Shown here piece after piece: positions 19,071 to 28,684 of a DNA stretch of 64,000 nt (positions are counted from its first letter, which is position 1; every line of letters begins with the position of its first letter). The stretch lies in IMG/VR virus record IMGVR_UViG_3300007770_001284, positions 62,001 through 126,000 of that record, one strand, 5' to 3'. The position numbers and the translations under genes are program-made. The notes beneath the pieces are model-generated. The model saw only the letters and a program-made list of their open reading frames with translations. It had not been told where the DNA came from and ran no database searches.

Positions 19071-19993
19071 GGGTTGTAATCACAGGCGGAACAGGGATGG
19101 TCGGAGCTGGATTTCGAAGCATAGAGACAGAGCATGAACTTATATTTGTTGGCTCGAAAGATTATGACTTAAGATATCTTGATGATACTCGATGTATGGT
19201 GAGGGACCACTGTCCTGAAGCAATAATACATCTTGCTGCCAGGGTGGGCGGAGTAAAGGGCAACTCTGATTTTGTCGCGGACTTTTTTTCTGATAATATT
19301 CGGATAAATACAAACGTCTTGTCGGTTGCACATAAGCTTGGAGTAGGGAAGGTTGTTTCTTTGTTATCAACTTGCGTATACCCTGATGCAGTTGTGTATC
19401 CTCTAACAGAAGAGCAGATTCATGACGGTGAGCCGCACCCCAGCAACTTTGGTTATGCGTACGCTAAGAGGATGCTGGACGTACACTCAAGGGCCCTTCG
19501 TCAGCAATATGGATGTAACTTCATCTGCGCAGTGCCAAACAATCTGTACGGTCCTTATGATAATTTTGATTTAGAAAATGGGCATGTCATACCATCGATA
19601 ATAAGAAAGGTGTGGGAAGCAAAGCAAACGGGAAATCCACCTGTTCTTTGGGGCGATGGGTCTCCATTAAGGGAATTTACGTACTCAAGAGATATTGCAA
19701 TTGCGTTGCTTTTTTTATTAGAAAATTATGATTTGGCTGCTCCTGTGAATATAGGCACGACAAACGAGGTAAGCATCAAAAACATAGTGAGCATGATTTG
19801 TGAAAGTTTAGAATACGACGGAGAAATTGTTTGGGATATTACAAAGCCAAGCGGTCAATTTAAGAAACCAAGCTCTAATAAGCGCTTTCTTTCTCTTGGT
19901 TGGCCATCTGCCTCGTATACGCCTCTGCGGAAGGGTATACAATTGACATGCAAATGGTTTAAGGAAAGCTATCCAAATGTAAGGGGAGTTTGA
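19067..19993 (+). CDS. fcl: GDP-L-fucose synthase
   Basis: GGTGMVG, HLAARVGG, STCVYP, YAYAKR, PNNLYGP.DNF, HVIP and WGDGSPLREF. Confidence 0.93.
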   Translation: MRVVITGGTGMVGAGFRSIETEHELIFVGSKDYDLRYLDDTRCMVRDHCPEAIIHLAARVGGVKGNSDFVADFFSDNIRINTNVLSVAHKLGVGKVVSLLSTCVYPDAVVYPLTEEQIHDGEPHPSNFGYAYAKRMLDVHSRALRQQYGCNFICAVPNNLYGPYDNFDLENGHVIPSIIRKVWEAKQTGNPPVLWGDGSPLREFTYSRDIAIALLFLLENYDLAAPVNIGTTNEVSIKNIVSMICESLEYDGEIVWDITKPSGQFKKPSSNKRFLSLGWPSASYTPLRKGIQLTCKWFKESYPNVRGV

Positions 19994-20703
19994 AAATGAA
20001 TGTCTTAGTTCCAATGGCTGGCGCGGGCAGTCGATTTATGTCTGCGGGCTACGTTCTACCAAAGCCATTAATCGACGTTGATGGTACTCCAATGATACAA
20101 ACTGTTGTTGAAAATCTCGGTTATGATGCAACTTATATTTTTGTCGTTCAGGCTTCGCATTACCACGAATATGGTCTTGCAAGTTTTTTGGAATCTATAG
20201 CTCCAGGGTGTAAAATAGTCTTGGTAGACGGAATGACAGAGGGAGCAGCGTGTACAACACTTTTGGCTAGAGACTATATCGCTAATAATGACTCGCTACT
20301 GATTGTTAATTCTGACAATGTATTCGATTGGGACAACATGGCATTCTTAAGAGACGCAACGCAACCCGGCGTTGATGGGTGTATTCTTGTATTTAACGGT
20401 ACGAACCCAAAATGGAGCTTCGCGAAGACGGACGAAACAGGCCGAGTAACGGAAGTAGCTGAAAAAAAGCCCATCAGCGATATAGCCACTGCTGGAGCAT
20501 ATTTTTGGGCAAGAGGCTCTGATTACGTACAAGCAGCAAGTCAAATGATAGAAAAAGATATAAGGACTAATAACGAATTCTATGTCTGTCCAGTATACAA
20601 TGAGTTAATCAATAATGGTGGCTACGTTACAGTGTCATACGTCGAGAAGATGTGGGGACTTGGAACGCCAGAAGACTTACAATATTATTTGGAGCATCAC
20701 TAG
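19990..20703 (+). CDS. Capsule-type nucleotidyltransferase
   Basis: PMAGAGSRF...PKPLI, TEGAACT, EVAEK, NEFYVCPVYN and LGTPEDL. Confidence 0.85.
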   Translation: MKMNVLVPMAGAGSRFMSAGYVLPKPLIDVDGTPMIQTVVENLGYDATYIFVVQASHYHEYGLASFLESIAPGCKIVLVDGMTEGAACTTLLARDYIANNDSLLIVNSDNVFDWDNMAFLRDATQPGVDGCILVFNGTNPKWSFAKTDETGRVTEVAEKKPISDIATAGAYFWARGSDYVQAASQMIEKDIRTNNEFYVCPVYNELINNGGYVTVSYVEKMWGLGTPEDLQYYLEHH

Positions 20704-20704
20704 T

Positions 20705-21337
20705 TTGGGATATACGTCTTTTATTTTTGACAATGACGGGGTGCTTGTAGACACCACTGAGCTACAAGTTAAAGCAACGCTAGCAGCAATTGACGAGGTC
20801 TTGAATTTAAAGCTAACAACTCAAGAAGATATTTCTGTCCTTAAGTCAACTATAACTACTCGTGATAAGCTCATAAAGCTTTGTCAAAAGGGGTACTTTA
20901 CTCTTAATAAAGTAGACGCTGTATACGAAAGAAAAAAAATAATCACAAATAAAATGATGAGTATGTTAGACTCTGAAGACTATCAAGACAAAATTGAAAT
21001 GTTTGAATTTTTACGACGAGAAAATAAAAACATAGCGGTAGTAACGAATGCGAACCGTGCTTCGACAGTTACACTACTAAATAATCTTGGTTTTATGAAG
21101 TACCTAGATGTGTTAATAACGAATAATGATGTAAAGAACACAAAGCCACACGCCGAACCATATGTTAGGGCGATGCTTCAATTAGGCGGCTCAATTGAGG
21201 ACTTCATAATATTCGAAGACTCTGTAACAGGTTTAGCCTCGGCTCGCGGCTCAGGCGCAACTGTTTACGAGATCAGCAATTTTAGAGATGTAAATACCCA
21301 ATTGATGGAAGAAATAATAGCGGGAAATTACAAATGA
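20705..21337 (+). CDS. HAD-superfamily phosphatase (beta-PGM-like)
   Basis: FDNDGVL, VTN, KPHAEPY and EDS..G. TTG start at 20705 after GGAG preferred over the track start at 20615. Confidence 0.85.
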   Translation: MGYTSFIFDNDGVLVDTTELQVKATLAAIDEVLNLKLTTQEDISVLKSTITTRDKLIKLCQKGYFTLNKVDAVYERKKIITNKMMSMLDSEDYQDKIEMFEFLRRENKNIAVVTNANRASTVTLLNNLGFMKYLDVLITNNDVKNTKPHAEPYVRAMLQLGGSIEDFIIFEDSVTGLASARGSGATVYEISNFRDVNTQLMEEIIAGNYK

Positions 21338-21792
21338 TTTTTATTGCTCATCGAGGAAACACCAACGGCCCCGTGCCGTCCTTAGAAAATAATCCAGACT
21401 ATATTGATAAAGCGCTACAGGCAGGTTTCTATGCTGAGGTCGATGTTCGGCAGGGTGAAAGTTCCGAAACGTTTATTGTGGGTCATGATTTTGGTGAATA
21501 CCAATTAGATATTTCTTGGTTCCTCCAGCGCAGAGAAAAATTGTTTATTCATGCTAAAGACTTAAGCACGTATGCTTATTTTCTAAGTGATAATCAAGTG
21601 TGGCATGTTTTCTGGCATCAAAACGACGCATACACCATGACATCTTCCGGATATATATGGGCGTATCCCGGTAGCGAATTAAACGATAAGTGTATATGTG
21701 TGATGCCAGAAACAGCGTCATATTCCTCTGAGCAATTATCGATATGTGCAGGTATTTGCAGCGATTATGTTGCTTCAATGTACAGCGGGTAG
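21334..21792 (+). CDS. Truncated glycerophosphodiester phosphodiesterase-like protein
   Basis: IAHRGN, EN, EVDV, GHD, HAK and GICSDY. Confidence 0.75.
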   Translation: MIFIAHRGNTNGPVPSLENNPDYIDKALQAGFYAEVDVRQGESSETFIVGHDFGEYQLDISWFLQRREKLFIHAKDLSTYAYFLSDNQVWHVFWHQNDAYTMTSSGYIWAYPGSELNDKCICVMPETASYSSEQLSICAGICSDYVASMYSG

Positions 21793-21837
21793 TGTATGCT
21801 AAAACATCTTCTAAAATTCTAATATTATTTTGTTTAT

Positions 21838-22848
21838 ATGGAAAACACAAAAAAAGAGACTGTTCTAATAACAGGGGGCGCGGGATTTATTGGCCACGCG
21901 ATAATAGAGCACTTATTAAGGACTACCGATTTTGATATTGTATCGCTTGATCGGCTGGATACATCTGGATGTCTAGACAGGATAAGTGATGTTATTGCGA
22001 AAAACCCATCGTGGCGCCGACGCACTCATGTAATTTGGCACGATCTCAAAGCGCCTTTGAGCGACCATGTTATACACAAGCTGGGGAGAATAGACTACAT
22101 CTTGCATCTTGCAGCAGGTTCTCATGTAAATCGTAGTATACAATATCCTCTTGAGTTTGTGATGGACAATGTGGTTGGTACTTGTAATTTACTGAACTAC
22201 GCGAAGGAACGCTGTGAAACGTTAAAACTGTTTTTATATTTCAGCACTGATGAGGTTTTTGGTCCAGCACCGCCAGGAACCACGTTCAAAGAAAACGACA
22301 GGTATAATGCTAAAAATCCCTACGCTGCAACAAAAGCAGCGGCCGAGGAGCTGTGTAATGCATATGCAAACACGTATAAACTTCCTGTTATCGTCACGCA
22401 TACAATGAACGCATATGGCCCACGACAGCATCTCGAGAAATTTATTCCTATAGTAATAAAGAAGTTACAAAATAATGAAAGTATTGTGATTCACTCAGAC
22501 CGAGGAGGTACAAGACCTTCGAGCCGTCGCTACCTTTTTTCTAGAGACGTTGCTGAAGCTGTAAGATTTTTAATGCTGACGCATACCATTGGGGAAAAAT
22601 ATAACGTTCGAGCGGATGCTGAAACAGATAATTTAACGCTTGCGAAGATGATCGCTTCCATTATGGGAAAAGAGTTAAGGTATGAGTTGAAGTACCCAGA
22701 GCGCACAAGACCAGGAAACGATTTTAGGTATTCTGTGTGCGGGGAAAAATTACAAAAAATGGGGTGGAGGCAGCAAACAAGTTTGGAACAAGGCCTTGAG
22801 GAAACGATACGCTGGTATCTGGACAATCCGACGTGGGGCGTTTTATGA
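21838..22848 (+). CDS. NDP-glucose 4,6-dehydratase (RmlB-like)
   Basis: TGGAGFIG, HLAAGSHV.RSI, STDEVFG, PYAATKA and N.YGPRQH.EKFIP. Confidence 0.9.
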   Translation: MENTKKETVLITGGAGFIGHAIIEHLLRTTDFDIVSLDRLDTSGCLDRISDVIAKNPSWRRRTHVIWHDLKAPLSDHVIHKLGRIDYILHLAAGSHVNRSIQYPLEFVMDNVVGTCNLLNYAKERCETLKLFLYFSTDEVFGPAPPGTTFKENDRYNAKNPYAATKAAAEELCNAYANTYKLPVIVTHTMNAYGPRQHLEKFIPIVIKKLQNNESIVIHSDRGGTRPSSRRYLFSRDVAEAVRFLMLTHTIGEKYNVRADAETDNLTLAKMIASIMGKELRYELKYPERTRPGNDFRYSVCGEKLQKMGWRQQTSLEQGLEETIRWYLDNPTWGVL

Positions 22849-23897
22849 AAATAGCAATGATCACGGGGGTAACAGGCCAAGACGGATCATATCTTGCCGA
22901 ATTTTTGCTTGAAAAGGGGTATCGTGTTATTGGGTTGAAGAGAAGAACAAGTCTAATTACAACAGACCGAGTGAATGAAATTTATGATAATCCAAATTTT
23001 GAATTGCGATATTACTCTCTGCATGATCCCACAACATTATATCGGTTGCTAGAAGAATACAGACCCTCTGAATTTTATAACCTTGCTGCTCAATCTCATG
23101 TGCGTGTTTCTTTTGACGTCCCCATTGAGACTGTAGACTCGATTGCAATGGGTACATTGCGCATTTTTGAAGCGATTCGTCATGTAGATAAAGAAATAAA
23201 AATATATCAGGCTTCATCTTCAGAGATGTACGGTGATAATCCTACCCATCCCCAGAATGAGAGTACGACATTTATGCCTGTCAGCCCTTACGCTTGCGCT
23301 AAATTATTTGCACATAATCTGTGCCGGAATTATCGTGAAGGATATGGCATGCATATTTCTAGCGGAATTCTTTTTAATCATGAATCACCGCGTCGGGGAG
23401 AAACGTTTGTAACAAAGAAGATAACCCGCGCCGCGGCCAGAATTAAGCTGGGGCTACAAGAAAAATTATATCTCGGGAATTTAGACGCAAAGCGTGACTG
23501 GGGATATGCAGGTGACTATGTGGAGATGATGTGGTTAATGCTACAACAGGACAACCCTGACGATTATGTAATTGCAACAGGAGAAACTCACTCTGTTAGA
23601 GATTGGCTCGAGGCAGTCTTTAAGGAAGCTGGGTTACCGATCGATGGGAACGTAGAGATCGATCATCGCTTGTTTAGACCACATGAAGTACCCTTGCTGC
23701 TGGGTGATCCGTCTAAGGCTAAGGAAAAGCTTGGGTGGGAACCAAAGATGAAATTTCAACAATTAGCAAAGCTAATGTACCAGGCTGATCGACTGGAGGC
23801 CGAAAGAGACCTTCGAGCCGCAGGTCGTGATTTAAAGCTTCAAGGCTTGATGGATGGTCAGAAAATACCATTTCGAGGTTTTAAAAAAATAGAGTAA
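22845..23897 (+). CDS. gmd: GDP-mannose 4,6-dehydratase
   Basis: TGVTGQDGSYLAE, YNLAAQSHV, QASSSE, SPYACAK, FNHESPRRGETFVT and RDWG. Confidence 0.97.
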   Translation: MKIAMITGVTGQDGSYLAEFLLEKGYRVIGLKRRTSLITTDRVNEIYDNPNFELRYYSLHDPTTLYRLLEEYRPSEFYNLAAQSHVRVSFDVPIETVDSIAMGTLRIFEAIRHVDKEIKIYQASSSEMYGDNPTHPQNESTTFMPVSPYACAKLFAHNLCRNYREGYGMHISSGILFNHESPRRGETFVTKKITRAAARIKLGLQEKLYLGNLDAKRDWGYAGDYVEMMWLMLQQDNPDDYVIATGETHSVRDWLEAVFKEAGLPIDGNVEIDHRLFRPHEVPLLLGDPSKAKEKLGWEPKMKFQQLAKLMYQADRLEAERDLRAAGRDLKLQGLMDGQKIPFRGFKKIE

Positions 23898-23908
23898 ATG
23901 CATATCAC

Positions 23909-23935
23909 AACTTCTATAATATATCATAGGAAGTT
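23909..23935 (+). promoter_or_regulatory. Sigma70-like -10 box (TATAAT 23915-23920) inside an imperfect inverted repeat that overlaps the SD
   Basis: aacttctat-aatatatc-ataggaagtt upstream of the nuclease ATG; no clear -35. Confidence 0.4.
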
Positions 23936-23938
23936 TAT

Positions 23939-24811
23939 ATGCATATTAGGTTACCAGAAGAGATAGAATTTCGTACCGGAAAGCCCCACGTATCGTTTTC
24001 TGAAGTGCGCTGCTGGAAAGAGTGCGCCTATCGACATAAGCTTCTTTATATTGACAAGCTTGGCACTGATGAGCCCTCTCCATATCTTTCTTATGGTACT
24101 GCTGTACATGAGGCAATCGAAAACTTTCTGAATACAGGCAAAATGGACGCTTCTATTGCTGTTACGATGATAGAAAGTGAGTGGGAAAAACATGGGTTCG
24201 AATCCCAGGCCTTTATTGATAATCATGCTGCGTATCGAAAGTCACAAGGGTGGAAACCTAAACCACACCCGCCCCTCGTCGAATGGAAAGAATACGCAGA
24301 AACAGCCCTTTCTAGATTACCAGAATTTTTAACTGAAACGTTCGGGAAATACGAAATAGTCTCTGCTGAAGAAGAGCTGTACGAGTATTATGCAGATTCT
24401 GATATCTTTTTCAAGGGTTTTATCGATGCGCTTATTAAAACAAGCGTTCGTGGTAAAGATGTTTATTACGTCATTGATTGGAAGACCGCGGGCGACAAGG
24501 GGTGGTTTAGGGATAAGCGCCAAGATATTTTGACCTGGGCTCAGATTGCGCTTTATAAGACTTTTTGGAGAAACAAACTTGGGCTTGGTACGAAACAGGT
24601 TCGGTGTGGCTTTGTTCTCCTGAAACGAGGCGCACCTTTCGAAAATGTGTGCGAATTTGTGAACGTATCTGTTGGTCCTAAAGCAGAAGAAAAGTCGATG
24701 AGCATTTTACGAAGTATGGTAAAAACAGTGCGCAGGGGTATTTTTTTGAAAAATAGAAATTCGTGCTTGTTTTGTGAATTTAAGAACACTTCTAATTGCC
24801 CTGGCGGCTAA
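23939..24811 (+). CDS. PD-(D/E)XK nuclease, Cas4/RecB/AddB-like, with a 4-Cys Fe-S staple
   Basis: HVSFS...C, GTAVH, E.E, GFIDA, IDWKT, QIALY and C-terminal CLFC......C. Confidence 0.85.
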   Translation: MHIRLPEEIEFRTGKPHVSFSEVRCWKECAYRHKLLYIDKLGTDEPSPYLSYGTAVHEAIENFLNTGKMDASIAVTMIESEWEKHGFESQAFIDNHAAYRKSQGWKPKPHPPLVEWKEYAETALSRLPEFLTETFGKYEIVSAEEELYEYYADSDIFFKGFIDALIKTSVRGKDVYYVIDWKTAGDKGWFRDKRQDILTWAQIALYKTFWRNKLGLGTKQVRCGFVLLKRGAPFENVCEFVNVSVGPKAEEKSMSILRSMVKTVRRGIFLKNRNSCLFCEFKNTSNCPGG

Positions 24812-24874
24812 AAGCATTATGTAGCATATACGATAAGCCCTTGTCATTTATGATTATCTCGATGAGGTACGTGT

Positions 24875-26128
24875 ATGAAGAAATATAAAATACTAATGCT
24901 GTCTGACCACGCTCTTTCAACATCGGGTGTTGGATGTCAGTCAAGGTTTCTTATTAATGGATTGATTGAGAAGGGTTGCTGGACTGTAAGACAGTTCGGG
25001 GCAGCATTGAAGCATAACAATTACGACGTTGTGCAAGTCTCTGAAGACTTTGTTATTAAGCCAATAGACGGATTTGGAAATCCAGATATGCTTAGAATTG
25101 CATTAGCAACAGAGCGTCCGGACGTCGTATTACTTTTTACTGACCCAAGATTTTTTACTTGGTTGTGGGAAATGGAAGATGAAGTTCACCAGTTGTGTCC
25201 CATTGCATATTGGCATGTATGGGACAATCGTCCCCGCCCGACGTTCAACGACAAGTATTACGCTGCAACAGACTTAATAAATTGTCATTCATACCCAACG
25301 TATGAAATTGTGAGTGAAAAATTTCCCGAAAGAACGAATTTTATTCCTCATGCTTTACCTACCGATGTGTTTTTTCCACTTCCAGAGCTTGAAAAGAAAC
25401 GATGGCGCCAAGATATTTTGGGGTATCAAAAGAAAGATGACTTTGTTGTGTTGTGGATTAATCGGAACGCAAAGCGGAAGAGGCCAGCCGATGTTTTGTG
25501 GGCATGGAGCTTGTTTCTCGAGAAGCATAATATCACTGATGCCACACTTTTGATGCATACGGACCCCCATGATCAGGAGGGCCCAGATTTAGTGGCAGTA
25601 GCGGAGATGTTGGGTGTTCAACACTCGGTGTTGTTTTCCCCAGAAAGAGTAGACTTCACAAAAATGAACATACTTCACAATATCTCTGATTGCTGTGTGA
25701 ATATTGCATATGCTGAAGGGTTCGGGTTATCTACGCTGGAAGCGATGCAAGTGGGAAACCCAGTGGTCGCAGTTAAGACTGGCGGCTTAACACGTCAAGT
25801 TGTTAATCATCGTGATGGTACTGAGAACGGAGTTGCCTTAGACGTTAAGCATACGACATTAGTGGGTTCGCAAAACGTACCCTTCATATATGAGGACTAT
25901 GCTGACGTGCACGATGTCGCAGATGGTTTTTATAAACTATATTCGATGGATGAAAGTGAGAGAGCCGCTCTAAGCGAAAAATGTAAAGAATACGCTTCCA
26001 AAGAATTTGATTTGCAAACGACAATTGATGATTGGCATGGTACGCTATTAAATCTTGTTGAAAAATGGCAAGCTGGAGAGCGAATGACCCCACGTTTTGA
26101 AGTGATTGAAATGGGAGCATCGGACTAA
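24875..26128 (+). CDS. GT-B (GT4-like) glycosyltransferase
   Basis: SGVG, NRNAKRKR and AEGFGLSTLEAM (ExxxxxxxE-type motif). Confidence 0.88.
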   Translation: MKKYKILMLSDHALSTSGVGCQSRFLINGLIEKGCWTVRQFGAALKHNNYDVVQVSEDFVIKPIDGFGNPDMLRIALATERPDVVLLFTDPRFFTWLWEMEDEVHQLCPIAYWHVWDNRPRPTFNDKYYAATDLINCHSYPTYEIVSEKFPERTNFIPHALPTDVFFPLPELEKKRWRQDILGYQKKDDFVVLWINRNAKRKRPADVLWAWSLFLEKHNITDATLLMHTDPHDQEGPDLVAVAEMLGVQHSVLFSPERVDFTKMNILHNISDCCVNIAYAEGFGLSTLEAMQVGNPVVAVKTGGLTRQVVNHRDGTENGVALDVKHTTLVGSQNVPFIYEDYADVHDVADGFYKLYSMDESERAALSEKCKEYASKEFDLQTTIDDWHGTLLNLVEKWQAGERMTPRFEVIEMGASD

Positions 26129-26129
26129 C

Positions 26130-27290
26130 ATGAAAGTAATAATAAGGGCGCCACTGCTGAGTGTAACAGGATACGGCGTACACGCTCGTCAAGTTTTTTC
26201 TTGGGCATTATCAAAAAATTGGGATGTATACGCTTCGATTGTGCCGTGGGGGATATGCACGTATTACCTCGACCCAACTGCTTTAGATGGTTTGATAGGT
26301 AAGGTCATGGACCGATCCGCGCCTGTTCAAGATCCTGATCTTTCGTTTCAGGTTCAATTACCTGATGAGTGGGATCCGGGTCTTGCACGAGTGAATATCG
26401 GTGTGACTGCCGGTGTTGAGACAAACCTATGTTCACAGTCTTGGGTCGAAGCGTGTAAGAAAATGCACATGGTAATTGTTCCAAGCACATTTACAAAGAA
26501 GACGTTTGTTGACTCTGGTGTACCAGAACACAAGATTGCTGTGATACCAGAGGCGCATAGCTACAGCGACGAAATTTCACTAAAGCTAGATAAGCAGCTG
26601 AGCGATTTGCCTACATCATTTAATTTTTTGATGTTTGGGCAAGTAACTGGAAATAATCCAGAGAATGATCGAAAAAATACATTTTATGCGCTGAAGTGGT
26701 TAGCGGAAACGTTTAAGAGCGATAAGGATGTTGGAATTATCGTGAAGACCAACTTGGGACGTTTTACCACTGCTGATAGAGAAAGGTCGGTGGTGATGTT
26801 TAAGCAGCTAATAAATGAAATAAAACAAGGGCCCTATCCGCGCTTTTATTTGGCTCATGGTATGCTGGATGAGGGAGAAATTTCTACGCTGTATAAAAAT
26901 GAAAACGTAAAAGCGTTGTTGGCACCAACCCGCGGAGAGGGTTGGGGTCTACCCATTTTAGATGCCGCCGCGGCAGGTCTTCCCGTTATCGCAACAGATT
27001 ATTCTGGCCATTTAGACTTTTTGAAGCACATTAAATTTCTTTCACTAGATTATGACATGGTTCCTGTTCATCCGTCCCGTCATGACGGCCGTGTCTTTAT
27101 AGAGGGTACCGCATGGGCAGATGTAAAAGAAGGGTCTTTCAAGGCCAGAGTCAAAAAATTCAGGAAGGCACCCTCTCTTCCCCAGCGCTGGGCACAAACT
27201 GGCTCAGGAATATTAAGGGAAAAATTTTCGCTAGACGCCATAAAAGAGCAGTATGACGCATTTATGGAGCGTATAGTTGACGACTCTTGA
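26130..27290 (+). CDS. GT-B (GT4-like) glycosyltransferase
   Basis: TGYGVHAR, TAGVET, VPSTF, RKN, RGEGWGLPILDAAA and SGHLDF. Confidence 0.88.
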   Translation: MKVIIRAPLLSVTGYGVHARQVFSWALSKNWDVYASIVPWGICTYYLDPTALDGLIGKVMDRSAPVQDPDLSFQVQLPDEWDPGLARVNIGVTAGVETNLCSQSWVEACKKMHMVIVPSTFTKKTFVDSGVPEHKIAVIPEAHSYSDEISLKLDKQLSDLPTSFNFLMFGQVTGNNPENDRKNTFYALKWLAETFKSDKDVGIIVKTNLGRFTTADRERSVVMFKQLINEIKQGPYPRFYLAHGMLDEGEISTLYKNENVKALLAPTRGEGWGLPILDAAAAGLPVIATDYSGHLDFLKHIKFLSLDYDMVPVHPSRHDGRVFIEGTAWADVKEGSFKARVKKFRKAPSLPQRWAQTGSGILREKFSLDAIKEQYDAFMERIVDDS

Positions 27291-27603
27291 AACAGCACTA
27301 GTCTGTGGGCTTGTTTTAGCAACAGTTATTGCCATTATTGCAATTTCATTTGCTGTTAAATTTGCTTTACTAATCTTGCGAGTCGAAGATGCGCTTGAAG
27401 AGAGTTTAGATATTTTAGATGAGCGCTACACATCAATAACAGAGATTGTCGAAATACCATTGTTTTCAGACAGTCCACAGATCCGTCAGGTCCATACAGA
27501 CCTGGTGCGTTCTAGAGAAGCTATTCTTTTAATAGCCAACACTTTAACGGACGATTTTAGTCGTTTGAAGGACAATGAGGATGGCACGAAAGAAAATACG
27601 TAG
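27277..27603 (+). CDS. Hypothetical protein with an N-terminal transmembrane helix
   Basis: Hydrophobic residues ~7-34 followed by an acidic coiled-coil-like segment. Confidence 0.6.
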   Translation: MTTLETALVCGLVLATVIAIIAISFAVKFALLILRVEDALEESLDILDERYTSITEIVEIPLFSDSPQIRQVHTDLVRSREAILLIANTLTDDFSRLKDNEDGTKENT

Positions 27604-28306
27604 AAACCCCGGTAAGCCGAGGAACATGTATTTCAATAAAGATACTCAAGCATCGATTGAAGAATATCAGAACGAAGACGACTCAAAGAAAAGAGAGACA
27701 GTCTATAAAGAGAAGATCCTTCCGGCATTCGATCAATTAGCAGAGAGCTTGATTTTTGTTTACGGATTTAATTCTCCGTACGATGGGTTTCATGCGTTGA
27801 AGTCAGACTGCGTTACGTTCTTATACGAGACAATTCACAAATGGGATCCTGCTCGCGGCACAAAGGCTTTTTCTTATTTTAACGTTGTAGCAAAAAATTG
27901 GTTGATTATTCGTTGTCGAAATGCGAAAAAAGAAGACAGAAGACATGTTTCGATGTCCGATCTAACAACTATGTCGTCAAGAGATAAACATACTGTTGCA
28001 AACAGCAGTGTTGCTCCCTCCCCCCAGGAGATTATGGAATTGGGAGAGCTTCGTGACAATATAGTAAGGGTTATCGATGAAATTGACAAACGTATTACGA
28101 AAGAGAATGAAAAAATCTGTGTGCAGGCCATTCGAACAGTTTTTCAGAACATTGATAATTTGGACTTTTTAAACAAGCGTGCTATTTACGTTTATGTGAG
28201 GGAAATTTCGGGATTGACATCGAAGCAGCTTTCCGTTGCGATGTCGAAGATACGAAAGCATTACAAAGATATTGTGCATGATTCTCGAATCGTGGATTTG
28301 CTTTAA
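27581..28306 (+). CDS. Phage RNA polymerase sigma factor (T4 gp55-like late sigma)
   Basis: YF...I..Y N-terminus; region-2-like HKWDPARGTKAFSYFNVVAKN; HTH-like C-terminus (REISGLTSKQLS). Confidence 0.65.
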   Translation: MARKKIRRNPGKPRNMYFNKDTQASIEEYQNEDDSKKRETVYKEKILPAFDQLAESLIFVYGFNSPYDGFHALKSDCVTFLYETIHKWDPARGTKAFSYFNVVAKNWLIIRCRNAKKEDRRHVSMSDLTTMSSRDKHTVANSSVAPSPQEIMELGELRDNIVRVIDEIDKRITKENEKICVQAIRTVFQNIDNLDFLNKRAIYVYVREISGLTSKQLSVAMSKIRKHYKDIVHDSRIVDLL

Positions 28307-28312
28307 GGATGA

Positions 28313-28684
28313 ATGATGGGTGATAAAGTCGAAAAAAGCTTACAGGATCTAGAGCAAACAAAGAAGAAGATGAAAGACTTCGAGGGAGTCTTAAAAAAGA
28401 TAAAGCATGCTGATGAAAAGAAAAGAATACTCTGGAAAGAGATATATGACAACGCGTTAATAGATCGTCAGAATGCCCACATTTTATTTGTCGAGGCATA
28501 CACATGCATGACGCAAAGTGCATCAGAACATGTCAGTCTCGGTAGCACTTTGGCAAAATATTTAGAGCGCATGGGAAAGTCCAACGAGCAATTACTGAAA
28601 TTAGCAGATTTGATATCGAAGTCTGAAGCTGCACATAATGCAATAAATGCTGACGAATTATTTTCTCAAATACAGGATGAGTGA
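28313..28684 (+). CDS. Helical hypothetical protein (possible small terminase-like)
   Basis: All-alpha protein with EIYDN and KYLE...KSNEQLLKLA. The function is a guess from size and context. Confidence 0.35.
   Translation: MMGDKVEKSLQDLEQTKKKMKDFEGVLKKIKHADEKKRILWKEIYDNALIDRQNAHILFVEAYTCMTQSASEHVSLGSTLAKYLERMGKSNEQLLKLADLISKSEAAHNAINADELFSQIQDE

Noticed and set aside
19990-21337. Frameshifted nucleotidyltransferase-HAD fusion
   Set aside because: An in-frame TTG at 20705 with an upstream GGAG removes the apparent 89-nt overlap.
1-23897. Ordinary bacterial O-antigen/capsule locus
   Set aside because: No export, polymerase or priming genes are visible, and the cassette is contiguous and co-oriented with phage sigma and baseplate genes. 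Caveat: its 5' part is outside the window.
23939-24811. CRISPR-Cas system
   Set aside because: Only a Cas4-like nuclease is present; no cas1/cas2 or repeat-spacer array was seen.
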